Source of the DNA: an uncultured Eubacteriales bacterium
GTDB taxonomy: Bacteria; Bacillota; Clostridia; Oscillospirales; CAG-272
Assembly (NCBI GenBank): GCA_934503195.1
Contig: CAKSVM010000001.1
Location: forward strand, 27,414-91,413
Reading direction: 5' to 3'
Length of the DNA stretch: 64,000 bases
The notes beneath the pieces were generated by a model. It did not search any database, was not told where the DNA came from, and saw only the letters and a list, made by a program, of their open reading frames with translations. Shown one piece after another: positions 38,552 through 47,635 of the stretch. The translations under genes and the position numbers were made by a program. Every line of letters starts with the position of its first letter. The stretch's first letter is position 1.

Positions 38552-39088
38552 ATGGAATCAGAGATCATGATAAAGGAATACGACCGCACGGCGGCGGTCG
38601 CGTACGCAAGGAAATGGGCATTCAGCCGGAATCCTCTATACTACGACTTCACCGGACAGGGCGGAAACTGCACGAACTTCGTCTCGCAGTGCGTCTATGC
38701 CGGATGCGGACAGATGAACTTCACGCCGATCTTCGGCTGGTACTACATCTCGCCCGAAGACCGCGCCGCCGCGTGGACCGGAGTCGAGTTCTTCTATAAC
38801 TTCATGACAAATAACGCCAATCCGGAGGATCCGGTCGGCGACGGTCTGGGGCCTTTCGCGCGCGAGGCCGGAGCGGGCGAGCTTCTGCCAGGCGACGTGA
38901 TTCAGCTCGGCCGCGAGGAGGGCGATTTCTATCACACGCTGATCGTGACCGGATTCTCGCGCCGCGGATATCTTGTCGCCGCGCAGAGCGACAACGCGCT
39001 CGACCGCCCGCTCTACACCTACAGCTTCCGGAGAATCCGCTTTCTGCACATACTCGGATGCCGGGCGGGGATTCCGGACGATATGTAA
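38552..39088 (+). CDS. putative amidase-domain protein (Amidase_6 / papain-fold NlpC-P60-like)
   Basis: YDRTAAVAYARKWA...GGNCTNFVSQCVYAG (catalytic Cys context) and ...GDVIQL...FYHTLIV (His context). Confidence 0.7.
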   Translation: MESEIMIKEYDRTAAVAYARKWAFSRNPLYYDFTGQGGNCTNFVSQCVYAGCGQMNFTPIFGWYYISPEDRAAAWTGVEFFYNFMTNNANPEDPVGDGLGPFAREAGAGELLPGDVIQLGREEGDFYHTLIVTGFSRRGYLVAAQSDNALDRPLYTYSFRRIRFLHILGCRAGIPDDM

Positions 39089-39122
39089 AAAAAAAAACGA
39101 CAGCCCGGGAGAAATCCCGGGC
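39087..39122 (-). terminator. intrinsic terminator of folT
   Basis: Stem GCCCGGGA/TCCCGGGC followed on the minus strand by a 10-nt T-run. Confidence 0.75.
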
Positions 39123-39142
39123 ATAATACGTTCAGGCAATAC

Positions 39143-39718
39143 CTACGACCGTGCGGCCGAACGCTTCATAAGATGCGCCTTCTCAAAGACGCCCGACTTC
39201 ACGAGAATCCAGACAACCGCCGTGTCGATGATCCAAGTCACCGCGAACTGAACCGATCTCGTCGCGAGCTTCGTCAAAAAGAAGCTCGTGAACGCCTCTC
39301 CGCCGTAGACAAACGCCAAGGCGAAGCTCTGGTAAAGCACCGAACCGAGGACTACCGACGGCAGGAACGCGAGCCCGATCCGGAACACGGTCGGCTTCGC
39401 GCGGACAAAATCACCCAGGAGCCCCGCGATAAGTCCGTACATTATCGGCGGAACGCAGAAGATCGGATTGAATCCGTAGCCTGAGATGAGCGCGCCGATG
39501 AAATCGGCCGCCGCGCCGACCAGCGCACCCGGAACCGGTCCGAACAGCATCCCCGCGAGGAAATACGGCACGGCCTCGATCGAGTATCTCGTCGTGACGT
39601 TCGGCATCGGAAGCCGGGCTATGACGACCGACAGCGCGACGAAGATCGCGCAGGATGTCAGCACCCTGACCGCCATCGGATGACGTTTTTCGCTTTGTGA
39701 ATCGTTTTGTTTTTGCAT
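39143..39718 (-). CDS. folT: ECF transporter S component, folate family
   Basis: About 190-aa 5-6 TM protein (LAGMLFGPVPGALVGAAADFIGALISGYGFNP); ATG 39718 preceded by GGAGG; THF riboswitch immediately upstream. Confidence 0.75.
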   Translation of the reverse strand: MQKQNDSQSEKRHPMAVRVLTSCAIFVALSVVIARLPMPNVTTRYSIEAVPYFLAGMLFGPVPGALVGAAADFIGALISGYGFNPIFCVPPIMYGLIAGLLGDFVRAKPTVFRIGLAFLPSVVLGSVLYQSFALAFVYGGEAFTSFFLTKLATRSVQFAVTWIIDTAVVWILVKSGVFEKAHLMKRSAARS

Positions 39719-39793
39719 AAAAATACCTCCTTGAAAGCGGCATTCCGTTGATTGCCACATACAGGGAGGCGAAAAAAACTCCGTATATGAAAG

Positions 39794-39888
39794 CAGCGGG
39801 ATGCGATCCTGATACCGCGGAAAGAATCCTTCGTTCCCATGACAACTCCCCGTCCATGAGACACTTTACGCATCGGGATCTACTCTGT
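39794..39888 (-). promoter_or_regulatory. THF (tetrahydrofolate) riboswitch aptamer
   Basis: Minus strand AGAGUAGAUCCCGAUGCGUAAAGUGU...GGGGAGUUGUCAUGGGAACGAAGG...CCGCGGUAUCAGGAUCGCAUCCCGCUG matches the conserved THF-I core (AGAGUAG, GCGUnAAGUGU, AACGAAG, CGCGGU, GCAUCC). GCCUCC downstream can pair with the folT SD. Confidence 0.8.
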
Positions 39889-39913
39889 GTCGATGTTTTT
39901 TACCGACAACGAT

Positions 39914-39942
39914 ATTTTACCACAAATCCGCGATTTTTTCAA
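39914..39942 (-). promoter_or_regulatory. sigma-A promoter of the THF riboswitch-folT unit (TTGAAA -17- TGgTAAAAT)
   Basis: Hexamers on the minus strand at 39942-39937 and 39919-39914. Confidence 0.6.
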
Positions 39943-40047
39943 GCCGCAAAAGGCAAAAACATTCACCGCGCAAAGGTTCCTCGGCTGTACATTATGACAA
40001 ATCGGCGGGAAAGCAAAAAAAATCGCGGATTTTTTTCAAAAACCCCT

Positions 40048-40075
40048 TGACAAACGCCCCGAAATGTGATATAAT
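40048..40075 (+). promoter_or_regulatory. tRNA operon promoter (TTGACA -16- TGaTATAAT)
   Basis: Consensus hexamers; paralogue of the 30272-30300 promoter. Confidence 0.75.
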
Positions 40076-40117
40076 ATTCAAGCACGATGATTGAAGCAGA
40101 TCCGAGTGCGAAACAAT

Positions 40118-40194
40118 GGCGGAGTAGCTCAGCTGGCTAGAGCAACCGGTTCATACCCGGTAGGTCATGGGTTCAAGTCCAATCTCCGCTACCA
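40118..40194 (+). tRNA. tRNA-Met (anticodon CAU, elongator type)
   Basis: GGCGGAGTAGCTCAGCTGGCTAGAGC..., anticodon loop TTCATAC, encoded CCA; lacks initiator features. An Ile2 (lysidine) identity cannot be fully excluded. Confidence 0.85.
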
Positions 40195-40217
40195 TCCTGA
40201 CTTTCATGTCGGGATTT

Positions 40218-40292
40218 GGCCCGTTGGTCAAGCGGTTAAGACACGGCCCTTTCACGGCTGTAACATGGGTTCAATTCCCGTACGGGTCACCA
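40218..40292 (+). tRNA. tRNA-Glu (anticodon UUC)
   Basis: Anticodon loop CTTTCAC; acceptor GGCCCGT/ACGGGTC; encoded CCA. Confidence 0.9.
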
Positions 40293-40296
40293 CGAA

Positions 40297-40327
40297 CCGA
40301 GGAGATTTTCTCCTCGGTTTTCGTTTT
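40297..40327 (+). terminator. intrinsic terminator of the tRNA operon
   Basis: Stem CCGAGGAG/CTCCTCGG followed by TTTTCGTTTT. Confidence 0.85.
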
Positions 40328-40614
40328 GCTCTGACGCGTCTTTGCACGACAAAAAAGGAAAGCCGCCACGCTCATCTGAGCGTGGCGGCTCGGTTATCCG
40401 GCAGGCGTCCCCAGTTGCCGTCAGGCAACTGGTCTGCATCCTCTCAGGCTTTAAGGCGACCTCAAAGTCTTGTCAAACCATCGGCGTGTGGACGTGGACG
40501 AAATCTTCCACCTCGAATAACCTGTTTGTATCCTATACATATTATATCACAGATATTCGGATTTGTAAAGTACTTTAAGAGAATCAGCTCCACACCGGAG
40601 CTTTTTTATTTTTG

Positions 40615-41385
40615 TCACCGATTATTCGTATGTCCGTCCCGGTACGCCTTGCGGAATGTGGTCGGCGTCACGCCCTCGTGATACCTGAAAAACTTCGTGA
40701 AGAGCTTCACGTCGGTAAATCCCCCGCGATCAGCGATTTCGGTCATCGTAAGCTCAGTCTCGGCGATCAGATATTTCAGATAATTCATCCGCCGCTCGGA
40801 AATGATCTGCTTCAGCCCGTGTCCGTACTCGCTCCGGAGAATCCGCGAGATGTATTCCTCGTTGTAGCCGAACCGCTCCGATATGTCGGCGGAGGTCAGC
40901 GGACGATCCGAGTTGATTCTTATCCACTCGATCACCTTCCCGGCCAGCTTGTCCTCGGGTTCGCGCTTTATGTCCTGCGACGCGATCTCGGCCATCAGCA
41001 CCGCAAGGAGACTGTCAAGCGTCTCGCTCCCGAATTTCCGCTCCTCATAGTGGAGTATCTGACGGCAGAGCAAACTCACCGGATATACGTCGCCGAGCCG
41101 CAGATGCTTTATCCCCGGATTTTCGCCGCCAAGGTCAAAGTGGAGCCAGTAAAACGAAACCCGCTCGTCGGTCACGCCGACTCCGCGGTGAAGCTTTCCC
41201 GGGTCAAGATATATGATATCCCCGGCAGTCAGTTCGTAAAGCTTACAGACGCCGCCTGATTCCTCTTCGAGTCTGAAGTTCCCCTCGGTCACGAAAATAA
41301 GCTCGGTCGTGTCTATCTTTATCTCGGGATGAATCCATTCCCCGCGCGACGTAAACCTTCCACCGTTGTGATATGACGCTTTCAT
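40615..41385 (-). CDS. AraC family transcriptional regulator (cupin + HTH)
   Basis: C-terminal GGFTDVKLFTKFFRYHEGVTPTTFRK HTH; AAGGGGA RBS. Confidence 0.8.
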   Translation of the reverse strand: MKASYHNGGRFTSRGEWIHPEIKIDTTELIFVTEGNFRLEEESGGVCKLYELTAGDIIYLDPGKLHRGVGVTDERVSFYWLHFDLGGENPGIKHLRLGDVYPVSLLCRQILHYEERKFGSETLDSLLAVLMAEIASQDIKREPEDKLAGKVIEWIRINSDRPLTSADISERFGYNEEYISRILRSEYGHGLKQIISERRMNYLKYLIAETELTMTEIADRGGFTDVKLFTKFFRYHEGVTPTTFRKAYRDGHTNNR

Positions 41386-41420
41386 GTCGGATTTTTTCCC
41401 CTTTTCTACGGATTTTGGAG

Positions 41421-41449
41421 TTGAAATCGGCTTTCCGATATAGTATAAT
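41421..41449 (+). promoter_or_regulatory. sigma-A promoter (TTGAAA -17- TATAAT)
   Basis: Hexamers at 41421-41426 and 41444-41449, upstream of the GH127 gene. Confidence 0.6.
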
Positions 41450-41518
41450 TATATCATAGAGCTTGGGAAGTTTCAAGTACCTGCCCTGAAAAAATTATAG
41501 AACGCGAGGAAAAACAAC

Positions 41519-43354
41519 ATGACTGAATTTCTCCCCCACGACAAAATCAGAATCACCGACGGATTCTGGCACGAAAAGCAGCGGCTCATCAGAAAGACGA
41601 CAATATGGAACGTCTACAAGCGTTTCTCGGACACCGGACGCTTCTCGGCCTTCAAGCTCGACTGGAAGGAGGGGATGCCGAACAAGCCGCATTACTTCTG
41701 GGACTCCGACATCGCGAAGTGGCTTGAGTCGGTCGCTTATCTCACGAAGGAGGAGCGCGAGCCCGAGCTTGAAAAGATCGTCGACGAGGTCGTCGACGAC
41801 ATCGAGAAGGCGCAGATGGAGGACGGATACTTCAATATCTACTACGAGCTCTTCGCCCCCGAAAAGCGGTTCACCGAGCGCGGACACCACGAGCTTTACT
41901 GCGCCGGACACCTTCTTGAGGCGGCGATCGCCTACGATGACGCGACCGGAAAGCACAAGTTTCTCGACCTCATGATAAAGTATATCACCTTCATAAAGAA
42001 GGTCTTCATGGACGACAATTCGGCCGCCTTCGATTCGCCCGGCCACGAGGAGATCGAACTTGCGCTTGTAAAGCTCTACGACTACACGAAGAACCGCGAC
42101 TGGCTCGATCTCGCGCTCTTCTTCATAAACAACCGCGGCTCGCAGGCAAAGCTTCCCAATGGCGACAACTACAACCGCGGAACGAACATTCAGGATCATC
42201 TTCCCGTCCGCGAGCAGCTGACGGCCGAGGGACACTGTGTCCGCGCCTGCTATCTCTACTGCGCGATGGCCGATCTCGCGCTGAGACTCGGCGACGAGGG
42301 GCTCAGAAAGGCCTGCGAATCGCTCTTTGACAACATCATAAGCTCGAAGATGTACATCACCGGCTCGATCGGCTCGACCAAAAACGCCGAGGCCTTTGAG
42401 GACGCTTACCGTCTTCCGAACGACACGGCCTACGGCGAAACCTGCGCCGCGCTGTCCCTCGCGCTCTTCGCCCGCCGCATGGAGCGGATAAACCCCGACG
42501 TCAAGTACGCCGACACGGTCGAGCGGATCATATACAACGGATTTTTATCGGGAATGTCGCTTGACGGCAAGGCGTTCTTCTACGAAAACGCACAGGAGAT
42601 CGATCTTGAAAACCGTAAGATCGTCCGCGCGTCGCTTCATCCGAACCGCGATATGCACTTTCCCATCACCGAGCGGATCGAGGTCTTCGGCTGTTCCTGC
42701 TGTCCTCCGAACGTGACGCGCTTCATCCCGTCGATCGGAGACTTCATCTACAATTACACCGACGAGCTCATCTACGTGAATCAGTTCATGTCGTCGACTG
42801 CCGATTTCGGCGACGCGACGCTCATCCAGAAAACGAACTACCCCTTCGACGGCAGAGTCGCCTTCACGCTGACCGGAGAGACGAAGAAGCTCGCGATCAG
42901 AATCCCCGGCTGGTGCAATGTTTACGGCGCGATAAAGGACGGAAAGCGTTTCACGCCAGAGGTGAAGGACGGATATATCCTCACGGAGCTTTCAGAGGGC
43001 AGTGAGCTTGTCTTCGAGATGCGGATGGCTGTGAGACTTGTCAGAGCCGACCGCCGCGTACGCGCCGACAGAGGCCTCAGAGCGGTCTGCTATGGGCCCT
43101 TCGTGATGTGCCTTGAAGGTGTTGACAACGGCGGAAGTCTTTCCGACGTCGAGATCCGCGGAGGATTCGCGGTCGGATTTGACGATGAGCTTAAGCTTCC
43201 CTGCATCTTTGCCGACGCGGCGCGGGTGAACACCGAATCGCTCTATTCGGACAGAGTGACCGAGGTTCCCTTCCGCGCGAAGTTCATCCCCTACTTCGCC
43301 TTCGCGAACCGCGGCGAGACCGATCTTAAAATCTGGGCGGCGCATCGCGTCTGA
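41519..43354 (+). CDS. glycoside hydrolase family 127 (beta-L-arabinofuranosidase, DUF1680)
   Basis: N-terminus ITDGFWHEKQ...; HELYCAGHLLEA; Cys-rich zinc/catalytic motif CSCCPPN. Confidence 0.85.
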   Translation: MTEFLPHDKIRITDGFWHEKQRLIRKTTIWNVYKRFSDTGRFSAFKLDWKEGMPNKPHYFWDSDIAKWLESVAYLTKEEREPELEKIVDEVVDDIEKAQMEDGYFNIYYELFAPEKRFTERGHHELYCAGHLLEAAIAYDDATGKHKFLDLMIKYITFIKKVFMDDNSAAFDSPGHEEIELALVKLYDYTKNRDWLDLALFFINNRGSQAKLPNGDNYNRGTNIQDHLPVREQLTAEGHCVRACYLYCAMADLALRLGDEGLRKACESLFDNIISSKMYITGSIGSTKNAEAFEDAYRLPNDTAYGETCAALSLALFARRMERINPDVKYADTVERIIYNGFLSGMSLDGKAFFYENAQEIDLENRKIVRASLHPNRDMHFPITERIEVFGCSCCPPNVTRFIPSIGDFIYNYTDELIYVNQFMSSTADFGDATLIQKTNYPFDGRVAFTLTGETKKLAIRIPGWCNVYGAIKDGKRFTPEVKDGYILTELSEGSELVFEMRMAVRLVRADRRVRADRGLRAVCYGPFVMCLEGVDNGGSLSDVEIRGGFAVGFDDELKLPCIFADAARVNTESLYSDRVTEVPFRAKFIPYFAFANRGETDLKIWAAHRV

Positions 43355-43550
43355 GATCCAATATATGTGAGGTCAGCACGGCGCAAATGCCAATATTTCA
43401 TTTATCAAGGCCAATTATGGTAAATCTTTCTTCCCGGATGTATGGTATAATATAGCCGAAGGAACGCTGATTAAAGGTTGTTTTTCCCCGAAAGCTCCGA
43501 TCATTCAGCTTAACCCTTAAGTAAAGGAAGGAAGTCCCTCATACCGGACT

Positions 43551-45059
43551 ATGGCAAAGAAAATGAAAAAACGACTCGCTACACTTCTCCTCGCGCTCGC
43601 GCTGGCCGCGCAGCTCATCGCCTGCGGCGGCGAAAATCCCGACACTCCCGAAACAAGCGGCGATCAGTCATCCGAAACCACATCCGAAGCCGCTTCCGAC
43701 GAACTCACCGACTCGCTTCCGAAGGATCTCAAGTTCGACGGCGAGACGATAAATATTCTCTACCGCGGACGTGAGGATATCGCCGACTACGATCTCATCG
43801 GTCAGGAAAACAGCGGAGATATCGTCTATGACGCCGTATATGAGCGGAATCTCGCGGTCATGGAGCGGTTCGGAGTCGAATTTGAGTTCACCGCCGCGCC
43901 GAAGTCGATAGGCGACGCGATGCCATATTTCAAAACCGCCGTCCTCTCGGGAGCCGACGGAATCGACCTCATCTGGGCGACCGGAAACACGCTCGTCGTC
44001 AGCGGGCTAAACAGCGCGTTCAGGGATTTTTCCGAGTCGGAATACCTCGATTTCGAAAAGCCGTGGTGGAATCTCCCCGCGATGCGTGAGATCTCGCTCG
44101 ACGGAAAGACGATAAACTACCTCTACGGAAATCTGATGCTCATCGGTCTCCGCCAGACCGGACTGATGTACTTCAATAAGAACATTTATACCGATCTCTA
44201 CGGCGACCCGGATAAGCTCTACGAAACCGTCCTTGACGGAAACTGGACGCTTGACGAGTTCGCGAAGCTCTGCAAGGGAGTCTATCAGGATCTTAACGGA
44301 AACTCAAAGGCCGACGAGGACGACGACCGTTTTGCCGCGGTCTTCTCGACCAGCATCGAGGAAAATCTCACTCACTTCGTCTATTCGACCGATTTCACCA
44401 CATATAAGCGCGGAAACGACAATCTCCCGGTCATCGACATGACAAGTGACCGCTCGGTCACGATCGCGACGAGATTCTGCGAGCTTTTCAAGGCGTCGGA
44501 TCCCGACTACAGCTTCTCGACGCATTCCTTCTCGGACACAAAGCTCTATGAGAATTTCGCGGCGGGACACTATCTCTTCTTCCCCGAACGTTTCTACGCG
44601 GCGACTCTGCCGACTCTCCGCGACATGAAGGACGAGTACGGCATGATTCCCTACCCGAAGTTTGATGAGAATCAGAAGGAATACCGGAATCTAATTCACA
44701 ACTCGGGAACCGTCGCGGCGGCTCCGATCGCGCTCTCCGACGAAAGATTCGAAATGGTCTGCGCCGTGCTTGAGGCGATGGCGGCAAAACAGCAGACAAC
44801 CGTTCTTCCGACCTTCTATGAGGTCGCGTTAAAGACAAAATACAGCCGCGACGATCTCTCGTCGCAGGTCATTGATCTCGTCTATAACTGTTCGACAAAG
44901 GATCTTGTCAGCGAATACGGCTCATTGACAAAGCACATCTACGCAATCGTCGCAAAGTGCGTTCAGAAGGGACTCCCCTTCGCCTCGACCTACGCCTCCG
45001 AGATAACCGCCGCGAACGCCGAGCTTCAGAAGCTCGGCGGCGACATAATCGGAAAGTAA
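43551..45059 (+). CDS. extracellular solute-binding lipoprotein (ABC-type sugar SBP)
   Basis: Lipobox LIAC; about 500 aa; paralogue of 28717..30186. Confidence 0.8.
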   Translation: MAKKMKKRLATLLLALALAAQLIACGGENPDTPETSGDQSSETTSEAASDELTDSLPKDLKFDGETINILYRGREDIADYDLIGQENSGDIVYDAVYERNLAVMERFGVEFEFTAAPKSIGDAMPYFKTAVLSGADGIDLIWATGNTLVVSGLNSAFRDFSESEYLDFEKPWWNLPAMREISLDGKTINYLYGNLMLIGLRQTGLMYFNKNIYTDLYGDPDKLYETVLDGNWTLDEFAKLCKGVYQDLNGNSKADEDDDRFAAVFSTSIEENLTHFVYSTDFTTYKRGNDNLPVIDMTSDRSVTIATRFCELFKASDPDYSFSTHSFSDTKLYENFAAGHYLFFPERFYAATLPTLRDMKDEYGMIPYPKFDENQKEYRNLIHNSGTVAAAPIALSDERFEMVCAVLEAMAAKQQTTVLPTFYEVALKTKYSRDDLSSQVIDLVYNCSTKDLVSEYGSLTKHIYAIVAKCVQKGLPFASTYASEITAANAELQKLGGDIIGK

Positions 45060-45075
45060 ACGCCGGATAAAACAC

Positions 45076-45115
45076 GGCTCCCGCCCCGGAATCCCGGAGC
45101 GGGAGCTTTTGTATT
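45076..45115. terminator. intrinsic terminator between convergent SBP genes
   Basis: Stem GGCTCCCGC/GCGGGAGC followed by TTTTGTATTCTTT. Confidence 0.7.
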
Positions 45116-45163
45116 CTTTCTCTGTCTTTTCAGCGGGATTCTTTCTTTCCGTCGAAGGCGGTC

Positions 45164-46615
45164 TTATTCCTCTCCGGTCAGAAGCTTTATAAGCTTCTCG
45201 TTTTCGGCGATCGCGTTCGACTCGCGCGCGGCGTACCACGACGCAAAATTCGCCGACTTTTCTTCAAGAATGTTCCAGATCGGGAAGGCGAAGCCGACAT
45301 TGTTCACCATTCCGAAGTCGATCACAATGTTGCGCGTGATGAGGTCGAGCATCTCCTGCGAGTCGGTGTCGCGCATATACTTGCCCTTCAGCGCATCTTC
45401 GTAAATCGCCGGACGAACGTCGGTGTACGAAATCGCCGCCAGAGCCTCGGTCATGAGTCCGACGAACTCATATTTGTCCTCCGGAAGGCTCGCCGGGACG
45501 ACGACAAGATCCGAGTTGCCCTGAATCAGCGTGTAGTAATTCTCCTGCGCCTCGTCAAATTTCGGCGCGGGGATCAGGCCGTACTCGTCCTTCATGTCGC
45601 GCATGATGTTCATGTCTGCGACGTAGCCGTTGTAAAAGAGGCCGTGCCCCTCGGTAAATAGCTTGCAGAATTCAAGCTCCTTGTTTATCTTGTCAAAGAG
45701 CGTGTCGCCGCTCTCGATGCAGAGCTTGTAAAGCTTTTCGACGATCGTCGCCATCTTCGGCGTGTTAAGCGCGAGAGTCGGGATGCCGTCAGAGTTCGTC
45801 TTCATTATCGGCTGATTGCAGGACGGGAGGAAGATGCTCGTCGAGCCGCTCGTCGTGATGAAGCCCCAGAGATCGTTCTCGTCCATCTTGTCGTCGCCGT
45901 TGAGGTCGGTCGTCGCGGGCTTTGCAAGCTCGGCGAGCTTGTCAAGCGTCCACTTTCCGTCGCGGATGAGCGCGTAAATATCGGGAGTCTGATATTTTTC
46001 GGCTATCGTCTTGTTGAAGTACATGACATGGTTCATGCAGATGACGCGGTAGGTCGGAATGTCGTTCTGCGCGATGTAGGTCTTTCCCTTGACCGTCAGG
46101 TTCTCGCGCGCGGTCTGGTTCCACCACGGGTTCGTCATGTCGATGAAGGGGATCGTGTTCAGCTCGGCGAGAACCTCGCGCGCCGCGAGCGATCCGGCCT
46201 GCGTGACGTGTACCGCCGCGAACTGGAACTCGTCGTCGCCCGCCAGAACCGCGTTCGTGAAGATGTTGACATAGTCGTTTTCCTCGCATTCCTTCCACTC
46301 GATCTTCGCGCTGTAGTAGTCGCTGACCGTGAGATTGCGCTTGTAAACGGCGTCGTTGACGACCTCACCGTTCATCGAGTCTGGTGCGATCTGATCGACG
46401 TCGGCCTTGTTTACCGGACGCGCCATGATCGTGAAAGTCATGCCCGAAAAGTCGCGTTTTTCGAAGGATTCGATAAGCGCGGTCGTGACCTCAGGAGTCG
46501 TTTCGCCCGACTCGCCGGCCGAGGTCTGAGAAGGATTATCCGCGGGCGTTCCGCCGCAGGAAGCGAGAGTCATCAGAAGAGTCAGGAGAAGCGCGGATAT
46601 ACGTATGTTTTTCAT
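45164..46615 (-). CDS. extracellular solute-binding lipoprotein (ABC-type sugar SBP)
   Basis: Lipobox LASC; 483 aa; paralogue of the other SBPs. Confidence 0.8.
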   Translation of the reverse strand: MKNIRISALLLTLLMTLASCGGTPADNPSQTSAGESGETTPEVTTALIESFEKRDFSGMTFTIMARPVNKADVDQIAPDSMNGEVVNDAVYKRNLTVSDYYSAKIEWKECEENDYVNIFTNAVLAGDDEFQFAAVHVTQAGSLAAREVLAELNTIPFIDMTNPWWNQTARENLTVKGKTYIAQNDIPTYRVICMNHVMYFNKTIAEKYQTPDIYALIRDGKWTLDKLAELAKPATTDLNGDDKMDENDLWGFITTSGSTSIFLPSCNQPIMKTNSDGIPTLALNTPKMATIVEKLYKLCIESGDTLFDKINKELEFCKLFTEGHGLFYNGYVADMNIMRDMKDEYGLIPAPKFDEAQENYYTLIQGNSDLVVVPASLPEDKYEFVGLMTEALAAISYTDVRPAIYEDALKGKYMRDTDSQEMLDLITRNIVIDFGMVNNVGFAFPIWNILEEKSANFASWYAARESNAIAENEKLIKLLTGEE

Positions 46616-46711
46616 ATCTGTACGTTCCTTTCCGTGATTTATACTGTTATTATATCATAAAACCACGGGAGTTAATATAACTTATTGGAACATAATTTTA
46701 TATAAAATGGC

Positions 46712-46740
46712 TTGATTTTTGATTCCGGATATGTTATAAT
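46712..46740 (+). promoter_or_regulatory. sigma-A promoter (TTGATT -17- TGtTATAAT)
   Basis: Hexamers at 46712-46717 and 46735-46740. Confidence 0.6.
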
Positions 46741-46819
46741 TAAGGAAAGACTGAATAATTCGCGGTTTTCTCAGGTAAACCTGATTATTCGGCTTATACT
46801 TTGTCAAGAGGTGATGATA

Positions 46820-47635
46820 ATGCTCGGTGGGATAAATACACACATGATAAACCGCGGCATAAGGCAGGCGGGAACCACGGTTCCGGACGACGCGCACAAA
46901 TGGTATGAGTTCGTTTACTACATAAGCTGTCGCGGCGAGCTGACGCTTAAGGGCATGAAGCACGAGATAAAGCCGGGCAGATATACGCTCATCCGCCCAG
47001 AGACGCGCCACAGCGAGGTTCACGACGTCACGGGCTTTGTCTTCTTCACGATCTTTTCCTGCGACACCGAGCTTCCTGACATAATCGCGGACGACAGCGA
47101 CGGAAAACTCGGCGCGATCTGCGAAAAGGTCTTCTCCGAACACATCTCGACCGACAGATATTCGCTGGATCTTTCGCTAATCGCGCTTGTGGAGCTGATC
47201 CTGAACGTCCTGCGGCTGAACGACTATGGCGAGGAGTCGGTTCATACCGAAAAGGCGGCGGTCTATATCGAGACGCATTACATGGAGAAAATCGACTTCC
47301 AGACGCTGGCGCGCATGGGAAACTACAGCTACGATTATTTCCGGCATATGTTCCGGAAAAAGTACGGAATTCCACCGAAACGCTATCAGATCGAGTGCCG
47401 CCTGACTCACGCCGCGAAGATGCTGAAACTCACAAACTACAACTGTACCGAGATCGCAAGTCTCTGCGGCTTCTCAAACAGCGTGCAGTTCTCGGCGATG
47501 TTCGGCGAGAAGTACGGTATGTCGCCGACCTCGTGGCGCGCGCTCGACGACAAAAGCGGTTCAGGAATGACTCTGCCGCCACTCGGACGGAGTCATGCCG
47601 AGGTATTTTCTGAAGACGGTGAGGAAGTATTCTGA
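46820..47635 (+). CDS. AraC family transcriptional regulator
   Basis: C-terminal HTH (CGFSNSVQFSAMFGEKYGMSPTSWR); start moved to ATG 46820, 8 nt after AGAGG; 3' end overlaps the convergent AraC gene by 75 nt. Confidence 0.75.
   Translation: MLGGINTHMINRGIRQAGTTVPDDAHKWYEFVYYISCRGELTLKGMKHEIKPGRYTLIRPETRHSEVHDVTGFVFFTIFSCDTELPDIIADDSDGKLGAICEKVFSEHISTDRYSLDLSLIALVELILNVLRLNDYGEESVHTEKAAVYIETHYMEKIDFQTLARMGNYSYDYFRHMFRKKYGIPPKRYQIECRLTHAAKMLKLTNYNCTEIASLCGFSNSVQFSAMFGEKYGMSPTSWRALDDKSGSGMTLPPLGRSHAEVFSEDGEEVF

Noticed and set aside
30320-40330. Complete prophage, ICE or genomic island between the two tRNA-Glu genes
   Set aside because: I recognised no integrase, recombinase, capsid, terminase, portal, relaxase or T4SS gene. 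folT with its THF riboswitch and the amidase gene look resident. Only the single giant gene appears inserted.
40091-40681. 196-aa ORF spanning the tRNA-Met/tRNA-Glu operon
   Set aside because: It runs straight through two well-folded tRNA genes and their terminator, so it is spurious.
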